DNA from: an uncultured virus (IMG/VR IMGVR_UViG_3300044608_001664)
Taxonomy: Duplodnaviria > Heunggongvirae > Uroviricota > Caudoviricetes > Schitoviridae
IMG/VR virus record: IMGVR_UViG_3300044608_001664
DNA: 64,000 nucleotides
Strand: one strand, 5' to 3'
The notes under the pieces were generated by a model. It had not been told where the DNA came from, did no database searches, and saw nothing but the letters and a program-made list of their open reading frames with translations. A program made the position numbers and the translations under genes. The first letter of the stretch is position 1, and every line of letters starts with the position of its first letter. Shown here piece by piece: positions 18,701 to 28,134 of the stretch.

Positions 18701-20651
18701 CGCCTGCCTGTGCTTCGGCGAAGAAACGTAGGATGCAATTCGCCATGTCGGCATGAGCACTTGTCCAGGTAAAGGTATACACCGTGGCGGTGGTCGTCAA
18801 AGCAACCGAGCTTTCCGGCAGCGTATCCGGATACAAGTCAACACGTAGCACGCGACCCGCTGTTGAGGACCACGCCTTGAACGACACGGTGAACGTCGTG
18901 CCGTGAGCTTGTAGGTTAATGTATGGGCTAAGTGCAGCAACAAAATTCTGCCCATTCGGGATGCTCAGATAGGTGCCATCAGTAGCGATTGACGTATTTA
19001 CCAGGGACAGCGTTCCAAGTGACCATGCCTTCAACCCACGAACCAGATTGGCATTGGCCTGTGGTGCAAGGTCAGAACGCAATGCCGAGCCAGCAGACAG
19101 GATGACATTGCCATTCGTATCCCGAATCGACAGCCCACGGGTATCAATCTGATCTGCATCCAATTGGGTGATGAACGCCTTGTTCATATACACCCCTGCC
19201 GGGACGGTTTTACCACTGGGGAGTACTTGAGGAGTGGTTACAACAATAAAAGGTTTTTCAGCCTCAGTCCCTTTACCTACCCAGAAATAGTCCACATCAA
19301 AACCAGCATCAATAGTGGTGCCGTCGTTATAGACTCCAAATCCGCCAACCAAGCCATTCACATCAACCTTGGCAGTGTAGAGGGCACCGATGCCGTCCAC
19401 ATCATTAATCACTGCCTGCATGTTGGTTTCCACCGAAGCGATATCATTGCCCAGAGTGGTCTGCACGGTTGTCGTTTGACTGGCCAATGCTGATGTAGCG
19501 TCAGCCCGAGCTTGTTGTTCAGCCACTACTGCAGCCGCTGTATTAACGGCCTGTGCTACCAGTGAAGTGATGTAAGACGCATTGGCACTATCCTGCTCGG
19601 CCCGAGTAATGACTTCCCCTTCTAGGGCAGCAGAGGTATTTACCGTCTGAGCAGCCACACCATTCAGCGTGGAAGCCAGTGCACTGGTATCCGTCGAACG
19701 TGTGGTGGCCTCCTCCAAAATAGCCGCCCTATTGGTTGCCGTTTCGGCATAGATGGCATTGGTAGAAGCCGCCAGTGTTTCTGTCTCAGAAGACCTCGCT
19801 AGTTGCTCAGACAGGACCGCTGCCTTATTCGTTAAGGCTTCGGCATATAGAGTGTTCGTGGCAGATGCCAGGGCGCTGGTTTCAGTGGATCGAGCTATTT
19901 GCTCGGACACAATAGACGCAGTGTTATTACTGGTCTGCACCCCAACTGCATTTACTGAAGAGGCTATTACAGAATCATCAGTTGCCCTAACATTCTGTTC
20001 TTCAATAATCGCAGCAGTGTTATCGTTGAATCGACTGCCAATTGCATTGACTGTATTTACTACAGCCTCATCTGCAGTAGTTCTTGCCTGGGTTTCATTC
20101 ACAATAGCAGTACTTACTGCATCTGTAGAAAACTCCAGTTGAGCTAGTAAAGATGCAAATGTGTCATTTGCGTCAACACGATCAATAATTTCTTGAGCAA
20201 GATTACCTTGAAGTACCTCCAAGAGATCAATTCGAGTACGCAATTCCTGCGCTAGAAAACTCTCATCAATCCGTGCAGATAGCGCAGCAATTAGTTCTTC
20301 TACAGAACTGAATGGAATAGCAGAAGCTGGCCCAATAAGGGAACCTTCGGTTCCATTTATGGAAATAATCTTTATCCAATAAAAGTATTGGCGCATCTCC
20401 TCTTCTGGAATCCTATCAAAATAGGAATTACCAGAAAACGGAGGAAGTTCAATTGCCAGCCCAATATCATTCGAATGTGCTCGCCACAACCGAATATAGC
20501 TAACAGCGTGCGGATTTGTCCCAGGCAAGGTTAGCGTCAATAACACCCCGCCAGCAGTGCCTTGAGCAGTCAATACACTGCTGTTATCTGGATCACCTGG
20601 GAGAGGACCAGCCCAGCCACCAGTCCCACAAACAGTATCATTGCACGCCAT
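15762..20651 (-). CDS. tail fibre / host-specificity protein
   Basis: Fn3-like N-term (YFYWIKII), heptad repeats, YTAKVDVNGLVGGFG, several beta-rich modules, C-term AAIGSAHI repeats. Confidence 0.88.
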   Translation of the reverse strand: MACNDTVCGTGGWAGPLPGDPDNSSVLTAQGTAGGVLLTLTLPGTNPHAVSYIRLWRAHSNDIGLAIELPPFSGNSYFDRIPEEEMRQYFYWIKIISINGTEGSLIGPASAIPFSSVEELIAALSARIDESFLAQELRTRIDLLEVLQGNLAQEIIDRVDANDTFASLLAQLEFSTDAVSTAIVNETQARTTADEAVVNTVNAIGSRFNDNTAAIIEEQNVRATDDSVIASSVNAVGVQTSNNTASIVSEQIARSTETSALASATNTLYAEALTNKAAVLSEQLARSSETETLAASTNAIYAETATNRAAILEEATTRSTDTSALASTLNGVAAQTVNTSAALEGEVITRAEQDSANASYITSLVAQAVNTAAAVVAEQQARADATSALASQTTTVQTTLGNDIASVETNMQAVINDVDGIGALYTAKVDVNGLVGGFGVYNDGTTIDAGFDVDYFWVGKGTEAEKPFIVVTTPQVLPSGKTVPAGVYMNKAFITQLDADQIDTRGLSIRDTNGNVILSAGSALRSDLAPQANANLVRGLKAWSLGTLSLVNTSIATDGTYLSIPNGQNFVAALSPYINLQAHGTTFTVSFKAWSSTAGRVLRVDLYPDTLPESSVALTTTATVYTFTWTSAHADMANCILRFFAEAQAGDIGICDIKLEVGSTKSAWVANSLDVANDSITLAANGALSGAGGGQVTIGGLGYTGALDANTTYVDGSGNIQGVSSGAGTTVSNNQIGINASGQLYGVGAGSGTTISNNQITIGSNGQIYGAGGGQVTIGGLGYTGDLNATYGANWNNNLTSIPLDKIMSNDAASTLGFNPSFELWTGALPDNWGAWGATSGISKETSTVRFGSNAARITTAGIDGGFARVVTWANAPMAVGTVVTGTVDMYLVSRTSGLPLVLVRLFNNSACTTYVDTMVKPDATTGSWQRIPFSARVNPGERIYGIQIYVMGCYGGSGSTFNGTVIFDGLTFNFADSSADSKTISTGGNQLSNSLITSDLTGWNNYVHVDKTLDTFAIVAPGSNGAPTPYYAIKFGYSGPLDSNAASSVHTAGLQSIPVVAGQRIEAQAMVEIFLGNARLEINFQDINGNNVGGFNQVTGGVGLVVGDTSWGKTAADFVKLWGFATAPAGAVKCYIEVRTQRTSTAADTHLYVAMPYLGYANTYQIDPTPWHPGSPTSTRTLGYTGTLDANTTSVDGNGAIQGVASGAGTQVDNSRTVIGQNLIPNSDQRTLTTTLGWNPNSTNIDTLKLAYEQFSGSPQYYLKGVTNSVCIHQAGIYGVSSANDTAAACDVYPLGGFDANHSIAVVPGQKYCFSVYMSAHRCYGDIGLQWFDVNNSIISGTELGAQTSVLRNMNTDSFNGFVRLSIMATMPSNAAYACLFIRKNNTIYGNTDSWLWFAGPQFEVVNANASGPSPYTPGPASGAMSSINQITPANASTYIASAAIGSAHIADAAITRAKIGLAAIGSAQIETAAIGSAHIGNLSVTSAHIDNLTVGTNKIADAAVNATTINSWSNSGSYVSSYYSPTSYLTLVAPAIVVITVQFNYRADNSEGAGATYIDIYINGSVVRTRPVFEQLSSTFYGGGASGMIQIDYAVQLSVGTHEIKGRLRGFHIADYGGFLFAQGVMK

Positions 20652-20727
20652 TTAAACACCCTTAGTAATTCAATAAGGGTGAAGTTTACACGTAGTTTTA
20701 ACCCTCATCTTATTCAAAAGGATATTC

Positions 20728-21564
20728 ATGACTATTCAAGCCAAGATTATTGAAGACAGTATCAGCCATGCTGGTAAGCGAATCACAACTTTTCAGTTGC
20801 TTTACCCGAGATTCATCCATGCTGAATTACTCACCCACAGGGTATTCAGTCGAAATGCGAGTTCCTCTCGCGCTATCCCTGTATCGAAAATGCTCGCCAT
20901 GGTGAGGGATGATCCTGCCATGCCAATTCACTGGGGCAAGAATCAACCGGGAATGCAAGCCAAGGAAGAACTACTGCTAGGCGACAAGATGCACGCCGAG
21001 AGGCTGTGGAAAATGGCTGCTATTAAGGCATCTCAGATGGCTGAAGACATGATGAAGCTGGGCCTACACAAGCAGGTTGCGAACCGCATCCTGGAGCCGT
21101 TCCAGCACATCTCCGTAGTACTTACAGCCACCGATTTCTCCAACTGGTTTGAGTTGCGTGCTCACCCGGATGCACAGCCTGAGATCCAGGCACTGGCTGT
21201 TGCCATGCGAGAAGTAATGGAAAAGTCTTCACCCGTTCTTTTAAATCGTGGTGAATGGCACCTTCCTTATGTTACTCAGGAAGAACGTAATGACGGATTC
21301 TTCAAAGCCAATGAAGATAATGCCGAGTTACTCCGTAAAGTCAGTGCTGCCCGGTGCTGTCGAGTTTCTTATTTAACCCATCAGGGTAGAATACCGTCTA
21401 TTAATGATGATTTAAATCTTTGTGAAAAGCTCGTAGGAGCGCGTCCATTACACGCGTCGCCTTTCGAGCACGTTGCTACTCCACTGGAAAATCCAAATCA
21501 ATGGAGTGGGAATTTTCAAGGGTGGTTTCAATACCGTAAGGAAATAGAAGCAAAATTCAAATGA
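20728..21564 (+). CDS. thyX: FAD-dependent thymidylate synthase
   Basis: ELLTHRVFSRNASSSRAIP, HKQVANRILEPF, HASPFEH. Confidence 0.9.
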   Translation: MTIQAKIIEDSISHAGKRITTFQLLYPRFIHAELLTHRVFSRNASSSRAIPVSKMLAMVRDDPAMPIHWGKNQPGMQAKEELLLGDKMHAERLWKMAAIKASQMAEDMMKLGLHKQVANRILEPFQHISVVLTATDFSNWFELRAHPDAQPEIQALAVAMREVMEKSSPVLLNRGEWHLPYVTQEERNDGFFKANEDNAELLRKVSAARCCRVSYLTHQGRIPSINDDLNLCEKLVGARPLHASPFEHVATPLENPNQWSGNFQGWFQYRKEIEAKFK

Positions 21565-22274
21565 GAAAAGCATTCATCTATAAAGTCACACACATCGATT
21601 CTGGTCGGGTATATATCGGGCAGACGCGAGACAAAAAGGGCATCAACAACCGCTGGAGTGTGCATACATCATGTGCACGCCGAAATGTCTATGACACGTA
21701 TTTCCATAATGCAATTCGAAAATACGGGGAGTCTGCTTTTGCTGTGGAGCTTTTAGATGAATGCACGGTTGATACGGTTAATACTTTGGAAAAGAAATAC
21801 ATAGCTGAGTATCAGTCCAACGATAAGCAGCATGGTTTCAATATGAGCGAAGGAGGGGATGGTGGCCAGAACACCCTTTCTCCTGAAGTCAGAAAAAAGA
21901 TTTCCGACGCGAAAAAGGGAAAGCCTACAGGGGTTGTGTACACCCCAGAAGTACGCGAAAAAATTGCAGCATCTAAGCGGGGAAAACCGAGAAGCGAAGA
22001 AACCATTAAGAAGATGAAAGAGAATCGTAAAGTAGCTGCCCTTTCTGATTCATGGAAAACATCCATCTCAGTAGGACTCAAGATGTCTACAAAATTCAGC
22101 CTCTCAAAACAACAAGCTAACGAAATCGTAGCCAAACTACCCAGTCACTCTGATTCCAGTTTATCTGTGGAATACAAGGTCAGTCGTGCAACGATATGGA
22201 AAATCCGAAAAGGACTATTTCCTCTGGCAGCAAACTACACTGGAAATGATGCACACCTTTACCAGTTCAAATAA
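21561..22274 (+). mobile_element. free-standing GIY-YIG homing endonuclease with NUMOD3-like repeats
   Basis: FIYKVT...VYIGQT, R, E, GFN; repeated SPEVRKKIS-type motifs. Confidence 0.88.
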
Positions 22275-22426
22275 TCATTATTTGAAATTGCTGGTTTAAT
22301 CAATTAAGCTGGATACTCCTTCAGCCCAAATTACTGATTTAAATCCGCATACTTATAGAGCCATTATTCCCATTCCTGGGGAATTTTGGCTCTTTTTCGT
22401 CAACAGGAAGCAGCCAAAGAGTCATC

Positions 22427-24427
22427 ATGGACAAACAAGCACTCTCTGATATCACCGTATTTAATAAATACGCGAAGTTTCTTCACGCCAAATCTCGACG
22501 TGAAAACTATGTCGAGATTTCCCATCGCAACCGGGATATGCAAATCCGCAAGTATCCCGAATTAGCCAACAGTATCAGTCTGATTTACCAGGAATTCGTG
22601 GATAAGAAGCGTGTTCTTCCTTCCATGCGTTCCATGCAATTCGGTGGCCGTCCTATTGAGCTGGCTGAGAATCGTATTTTCAACTGTGCCTATTTCCCTA
22701 TTGAGCATACCCGTGCTTATGCGGAACTGATGTTCCTTCTGCTGGGTGGAACGGGTGCTGGCTATTCGGTACAACGTCGCCACACCAACCAGATGCCGAA
22801 GGTAAAAGCTCCGGAATCTGATGGTGAATACAAGTTCCAGATTCAGGATTCGATCATCGGTTGGGCTGATGCAATCAAGGTTGTTGCCAAGGCATTCCTG
22901 AAAGCAGGCACCCTCCCCATCTTCGATTATCGGGACATTCGTGAGAAAGGCACGGATCTGATCACCACGGGGGGTAAGGCTCCTGGTCCTGAGCCACTCC
23001 GGCGCTGCATCGAACTGATCACGGCAATCTTCCGCAATGCGGTAGGTCGGCGTCTGCGTCCGATTGAAGTGCACGATATCTGCTGCCTGATTGCCGATTC
23101 CGTGCGAGCTGGAGGTATCCGTCGAGCTGCCATGATTGCCCTGTTTGATCGGGATGATCAGGAGATGCTGAAGTGCAAATCCCCCATCACTCTCCAGGAC
23201 TGGAATGTGTTGGATGCCACTACTCAGCTCGTCCGCTTTGTGGATGACTACAAAGTAGAGCACATCAAGCAACTTCAAGACTGGGAATTCAGTTTCCTGA
23301 TGGAAACCAAGACGTTCCCATGGGGTGTGGTTTACCCGGCACGGGCACGAGCCAATAACTCGGCAGTCCTCCCCCGAGGTGAAGTCACGGAGGACGAGTT
23401 CCGTGAACTGATGAAGGTCATCGAAGCCAGTGGATGTGGTGAGCCAGGTGTTTACTGGACTAACAATCCGGATTGGGGCACCAATCCTTGCTGTGAGATC
23501 GCACTTCGTCCGTATCAGATGTGCAACCTCACGACGCTGAATGTCTCAGCCATCCATTCTCAGGAAGACTTCAACGCATCAGCGGCTGCAGCCTCATTTA
23601 TCGGCACCCTGCAAGCAGGCTACACCGATTTCCACTATCTGAACCCGAAGTGGCGAATCACCTGTGAAGAAGACGCCCTCTTGGGCGTTTCGATGACTGG
23701 AATCGCTTCCGGAAATATCGACCATCTGGATAAACGAGAAGCAGCCTTGGCTGCTATCGAAATGAACCGGAATGTGGCTGGAGCCATCGGGATTAAACCG
23801 GCAGCACGGATTACTACCGTTAAGCCAGAAGGCACCTCTTCTCTGGTTCTCGGTACTTCCTCCGGTATTCATGCTTGGCATGGTGAGTACTACATCCGTC
23901 GAATGCGTGCAGGTAAGGATGAAGCACTGGCTCAGTACATGATGCGTGCCGTTCCTCAACTGGTTGAAGAAGATATTTACGACTCCAATCAAGTCGTTCT
24001 CAGCTTCCCCCAGAAGGCACCGGAAGGGGCCAAGACTCGCCATGAAACCATGGATGAGTTCCTGGAGCGTGTGAAGGACATCTCCCTGACCTGGGTGCAT
24101 TCCGGCCACATCAAGGGAGACAACCGCCATAACGTCAGTTGCACTGTATCGGTCAAGGCCGATGAATGGGACAGTTTGGCCAAGTGGATGTGGGAACACC
24201 GAGATAGCTACAACGGCATCTCAGTCCTTCCGTTCTTTGGTTCTGCGGATTACCCGCAGGCTCCTTTCGAGGACATCACCAAAGAGCAGTACGAGGCAAT
24301 GCTGCCCCTACTGGAAGGCATCAACATCAGCCACATCATCGAGATGGACGGTAGCGAAATCGACCTTGCAGGCGAAGCAGCCTGTGCGGGTGGAGTTTGT
24401 GAAGCCGTCAGCTTTACCAAGGGGTAA
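22427..24427 (+). CDS. nrdJ: class II (B12-dependent) ribonucleotide reductase
   Basis: FNCAY, GTNPCCEI, MCNL, TTVKPEGT, C-terminal ACAGGVCE. Confidence 0.92.
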   Translation: MDKQALSDITVFNKYAKFLHAKSRRENYVEISHRNRDMQIRKYPELANSISLIYQEFVDKKRVLPSMRSMQFGGRPIELAENRIFNCAYFPIEHTRAYAELMFLLLGGTGAGYSVQRRHTNQMPKVKAPESDGEYKFQIQDSIIGWADAIKVVAKAFLKAGTLPIFDYRDIREKGTDLITTGGKAPGPEPLRRCIELITAIFRNAVGRRLRPIEVHDICCLIADSVRAGGIRRAAMIALFDRDDQEMLKCKSPITLQDWNVLDATTQLVRFVDDYKVEHIKQLQDWEFSFLMETKTFPWGVVYPARARANNSAVLPRGEVTEDEFRELMKVIEASGCGEPGVYWTNNPDWGTNPCCEIALRPYQMCNLTTLNVSAIHSQEDFNASAAAASFIGTLQAGYTDFHYLNPKWRITCEEDALLGVSMTGIASGNIDHLDKREAALAAIEMNRNVAGAIGIKPAARITTVKPEGTSSLVLGTSSGIHAWHGEYYIRRMRAGKDEALAQYMMRAVPQLVEEDIYDSNQVVLSFPQKAPEGAKTRHETMDEFLERVKDISLTWVHSGHIKGDNRHNVSCTVSVKADEWDSLAKWMWEHRDSYNGISVLPFFGSADYPQAPFEDITKEQYEAMLPLLEGINISHIIEMDGSEIDLAGEAACAGGVCEAVSFTKG

Positions 24428-24495
24428 AGCAGGAAAGGAAGCTCCCTCCGGGGAGCTTCTTCGAATCATCTAGTAACCACGCATCAAGGACCACC

Positions 24496-24894
24496 ATGCT
24501 CGGCCTCTGCTGTTCTATCAATTGTTCCAATCCTGTTTCAAAGAATGAAGACTTTTGTGATGAGTGTAAAAACCAAGGCACATCTACGTATTCAGTTACG
24601 CGAGATGTCGCACAGGAACTCACCATTGAAAGGATGAATTCTGATCCCCAAAGTGAATCCATGTCGGCCAAGTACCCCAAGTACTACAAGCCAGTGGGGA
24701 ATCTCACTGAAATCGATGTGTACGCAGTACACAAGTTATTTCAAATCCAAGACTGTTCTGGGGCTATCCAGCACGCCAGTAAAAAGCTGTTGCTTTCGGG
24801 TGCTCGGACTGGAGGCAAATCTGCCTTCAACGATATCAAAGAAGCCCGTGACACCTTGACTCGTTGGCTTCAACTGCACGACGACACCCAGTAA
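24496..24894 (+). CDS. conserved phage hypothetical protein
   Basis: AAGGA RBS; DVYAV...HASKKLLLSGARTGGK...DIKEA. Confidence 0.65.
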   Translation: MLGLCCSINCSNPVSKNEDFCDECKNQGTSTYSVTRDVAQELTIERMNSDPQSESMSAKYPKYYKPVGNLTEIDVYAVHKLFQIQDCSGAIQHASKKLLLSGARTGGKSAFNDIKEARDTLTRWLQLHDDTQ

Positions 24895-24924
24895 TTCCTT
24901 TTTCTAAATATCCCAAGGTGCCCC

Positions 24925-25905
24925 ATGAGCAAATTTGCGAATACCTCTGCAGTCCCCTTGTCCCTTGCTGTCTTTCTGGCAACGGACAATTACGATCACA
25001 ACGAAGATCCGAATACCATTTCGGCTACAGCACTGATCAAGCCATTGCGCCAAATCATTCTGGCAGCTCGTGTTCCGGAAGATGTTAGCCCGGTTGATCT
25101 GGTACAGCTCGTACCTTCTCGCATGGGCACCGCCATTCACGATGCTATCGAACGTGCGTGGAAAAACAATGCTCCTTCTGCTTTGGAAGCCTTGGGTTAT
25201 CCGAAACGAGTGATCGAAAAGATCCGTATCAACCCGAAGCCAGAAGAACTGCATGATGGGCTGATCCCCATCTACATGGAGCAGCGTGCCCACAAGCAAG
25301 TGGGTAAGTACGTTATCTCCGGGAAATATGACTTCATTGGTGATGGTCGAGTTGAGGATTTCAAGTCCACTTCAACCTACACCGCAATGAACAATACCAA
25401 TGATGAAAAGCATACCTGGCAAGGCAGCATTTATCGTTGGCTTAACCCGAAGATCATCACTCGGGATGAGATGGCTATCCAGTACATCTTTACCGACTGG
25501 TCGAAAGCCAAGGCCATGGCTGATCCGAAGTACCCCCAACAGCGTATTCAGCAACGCATTCTGCCCCTGAAATCCATTCAGGAAACAGATGCCTTCGTGA
25601 ATCGTAAGCTGGCTCAAATCGAACAGTATTGGGATGCTCCGGAAGATCAGATTCCTCTGTGTACCGATGCCGATCTGTGGCGTAGCGAGCCGGTGTTCAA
25701 GTACTACAAGAACCCTGACAAGCGTACCCGCAGCACCAAGAACTTCGACAATTTCCATGATGCCCAGCTTCGTTGTATCGAGGATGGCAACGTTGGTGTG
25801 GTTGTCGAGCAACCAGGGCAAGTCACTGCTTGTAAGTACTGTGCTGCCTTTGCTGTCTGTAGCCAGAAGGACAAGCTGATTGCTTCAGGGGATCTTGTTC
25901 TCTAA
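24925..25905 (+). CDS. PD-(D/E)XK / Cas4-like nuclease (N4 gp42-like)
   Basis: GTAIHDAIE, ISGKYD, DFKSTS, CKYC...C; synteny. Confidence 0.85.
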   Translation: MSKFANTSAVPLSLAVFLATDNYDHNEDPNTISATALIKPLRQIILAARVPEDVSPVDLVQLVPSRMGTAIHDAIERAWKNNAPSALEALGYPKRVIEKIRINPKPEELHDGLIPIYMEQRAHKQVGKYVISGKYDFIGDGRVEDFKSTSTYTAMNNTNDEKHTWQGSIYRWLNPKIITRDEMAIQYIFTDWSKAKAMADPKYPQQRIQQRILPLKSIQETDAFVNRKLAQIEQYWDAPEDQIPLCTDADLWRSEPVFKYYKNPDKRTRSTKNFDNFHDAQLRCIEDGNVGVVVEQPGQVTACKYCAAFAVCSQKDKLIASGDLVL

Positions 25906-25914
25906 GGAAATCCA

Positions 25915-28056
25915 ATGATTCCATTTGAAGAAATGCAATACCACCCTACTTCTGAGAAGTTGGTGGAAACCATTTGTAATCGCACCCAGAGCCTTGAACC
26001 GTTGTTCTTCCGAGTTCTGGTGGCGTATTACTTCGCCAACACGGCATCGCACATGCGGTGCACCATCGCCACTCCCGATATGGGGGATATCCCGGTCAAC
26101 CTGTACGCACTGAACCTGGCTCCATCTGGTTTCGGTAAAGGACGGTCGATCAACATCCTGGAAGAGGAAGTGTTCAACCAGTTCCGGCAACGGTTCCTGG
26201 AGGAAACCTTCCCCCTGCTGGCTGAAGTCAATCTGCCCAAGCTGAGTCTGGGGCGTGCCAATCGCAAAGGCACCGATCCGGACGAAGAACTAGTCCGTGT
26301 CCAGAAGGAGTTCGACAACACCGGCCCGATGCTGTTCAGCTTCGCTGAAGCTACGGCCCCTGCTGTGAAGCAGATGCGCCACCACCTTCTGATGGCCAAT
26401 GCCGGAGCACTGTCCCTGGAAGTGGATGAGATCGGCACCAACCTGTCGGCCAGTGCAGAAGTACTGGGTCCGTACCTGGAGCTGTTCGACAAGGGTAAGA
26501 TCAAAACCAAGCTGGTCAAATCCACCTCGGATGCGAAACGCTTGGAAGAGATCCGTGGATCGACACCCACCAACCTGATGATGTTCGGTACGCCATCCAA
26601 GCTGTTCGATGGTGCAGCCACCGAGCAGATGCTGTACAGCTTCCTGGATACTGGCTATGCCCGTCGATGCTTCTTTGGCTACATCAAAGGTGTGATTCGG
26701 CAGACCGATCTGACTCCCCAGGAAATCTTTGCTCGCAGTACAAGCCAAGGAAATAATCAGTTCCTGGAGAAGCTGTCTGATCAACTGGAGAACCTAGCTG
26801 ACATCATCAACGTCAACAAACGGCTGATCATTCAAGAAGCAACAAGCCTGTTGCTGATTGAGTACAGAATCCACTGTGAGAAGGTTGCAGCCAAGTTGCC
26901 TGATCACGAAGACATGAAGAAAGCGGAACTGTCCCATCGGTACTTCAAAGTACTGAAGTTGGCTGGTGCCTATGCCTTCATTGATGATTCTCCAGAAGTC
27001 ACGGAAAGCCACATCTACAGTGCCATCAAGTTGGCTGAAGAATCTGGTGCAGCATTCCAATCCATGCTGAATCGGGATCGTCCGTACATGAAGCTGGCCA
27101 AGTACCTGGCTGGTGTGAAGCGGGACGTTACTCAAGCCGAACTGGTGGAAGACCTACCCTTCTACAAGGGTGGATCTGCTCAGAAGAGTGAGCTGCTCAC
27201 GTTGGCGACTGCCTACGGATACAAGAACAATATCGTCATCAAGAAGTCTTTCGCTGACGGTATTGAGTTCATCCGGGGTGAAACCCTTCAGGTAACTGAC
27301 CTCAACCAAATGGTTGTCAGCTACAGCGCCGACATCACCACGGATTACCGGAACGAGCACGCTCCGTTCGATCAACTCCACAAGCTGACTCAAGCACCCA
27401 ATCTGCACTGGGTTGCTCACCATCTCAGTGGGGGATATCGAAACGAGGAGAACTGTATTCCTGGTTTCAATCTGGTAGTGATTGATGTGGATGGCACAGT
27501 GGGACTAAGCACGGCAAAGTTGCTACTCAAGAACTACAAGTACCTGATCTACACGACCAAGCGACACACGGAAACAGAGAATCGTTTCCGAATCATCCTC
27601 CCGATCAACTACACCCTCGAACTGGATGCCAAGGACTACAAGGAATTCATGTCCAACATCTACGAGTGGTTGCCTTTTGAAGTGGACACTGCAACCGGGC
27701 AACGTGCTCGGAAGTGGATGACCCATGACGGGCACTACGAGTACAACGATGGGGATGTATTGGATGCCCTGCCCTTCATTCCGAAGACTTCGAAGAATGA
27801 GGAACGTAAGGCTGTGCTCCAGTCCCAGCAATCCATGGACAACCTGGAACGCTGGGTGATCAACAACATCGGGGATGGCAACCGCAACAACATGCTGCTG
27901 CGCTACGCCATGATCTTTGTGGATGCTGGCTTCGACTTTGAAACGATCCGTCAGAAGGTGGTCAGCCTGAACGACAAGATTGCCGACAAGCTCGATGAAG
28001 TGGAGATCATGAGCACCATCATGATTTCGGTAGGCAAAGCAATTTCCAAACGATAG
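25915..28056 (+). CDS. DNA primase/helicase-like protein (N4 gp43-like)
   Basis: Walker A APSGFGKG, VDE; C-term IDVD, YTTKRH, RFRIILP, GNRNNML. Confidence 0.88.
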   Translation: MIPFEEMQYHPTSEKLVETICNRTQSLEPLFFRVLVAYYFANTASHMRCTIATPDMGDIPVNLYALNLAPSGFGKGRSINILEEEVFNQFRQRFLEETFPLLAEVNLPKLSLGRANRKGTDPDEELVRVQKEFDNTGPMLFSFAEATAPAVKQMRHHLLMANAGALSLEVDEIGTNLSASAEVLGPYLELFDKGKIKTKLVKSTSDAKRLEEIRGSTPTNLMMFGTPSKLFDGAATEQMLYSFLDTGYARRCFFGYIKGVIRQTDLTPQEIFARSTSQGNNQFLEKLSDQLENLADIINVNKRLIIQEATSLLLIEYRIHCEKVAAKLPDHEDMKKAELSHRYFKVLKLAGAYAFIDDSPEVTESHIYSAIKLAEESGAAFQSMLNRDRPYMKLAKYLAGVKRDVTQAELVEDLPFYKGGSAQKSELLTLATAYGYKNNIVIKKSFADGIEFIRGETLQVTDLNQMVVSYSADITTDYRNEHAPFDQLHKLTQAPNLHWVAHHLSGGYRNEENCIPGFNLVVIDVDGTVGLSTAKLLLKNYKYLIYTTKRHTETENRFRIILPINYTLELDAKDYKEFMSNIYEWLPFEVDTATGQRARKWMTHDGHYEYNDGDVLDALPFIPKTSKNEERKAVLQSQQSMDNLERWVINNIGDGNRNNMLLRYAMIFVDAGFDFETIRQKVVSLNDKIADKLDEVEIMSTIMISVGKAISKR

Positions 28057-28134
28057 CAGAAGCCCTCCGGGCTTATCTACGATCAATCCATAAGACGGTC
28101 TTCGGGCCGTCTTCCTCGTTTACAAGGAATACCC

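Noticed and set aside
15762..20651. Diversity-generating retroelement or invertible tail fibre cassette
   Set aside because: No RT, no adenine-variant template repeat and no invertase seen
12638..20651. Mid-genome position of lysis and tail fibre genes as a novel rearrangement
   Set aside because: As I recall, a similar layout after rIIB occurs in LIT1-like N4 relatives
24925..25905. CRISPR-Cas system suggested by the Cas4-like nuclease
   Set aside because: No repeat-spacer array or other cas genes seen; it is a core N4-like replication gene
24438..28112. TCC-loop hairpins at about 24438 and 28060 as extra vRNAP promoters
   Set aside because: They lack the GC-TCC-GC core and downstream ATGG, and lie right after stop codons, so they are more likely terminators or stabilising hairpins
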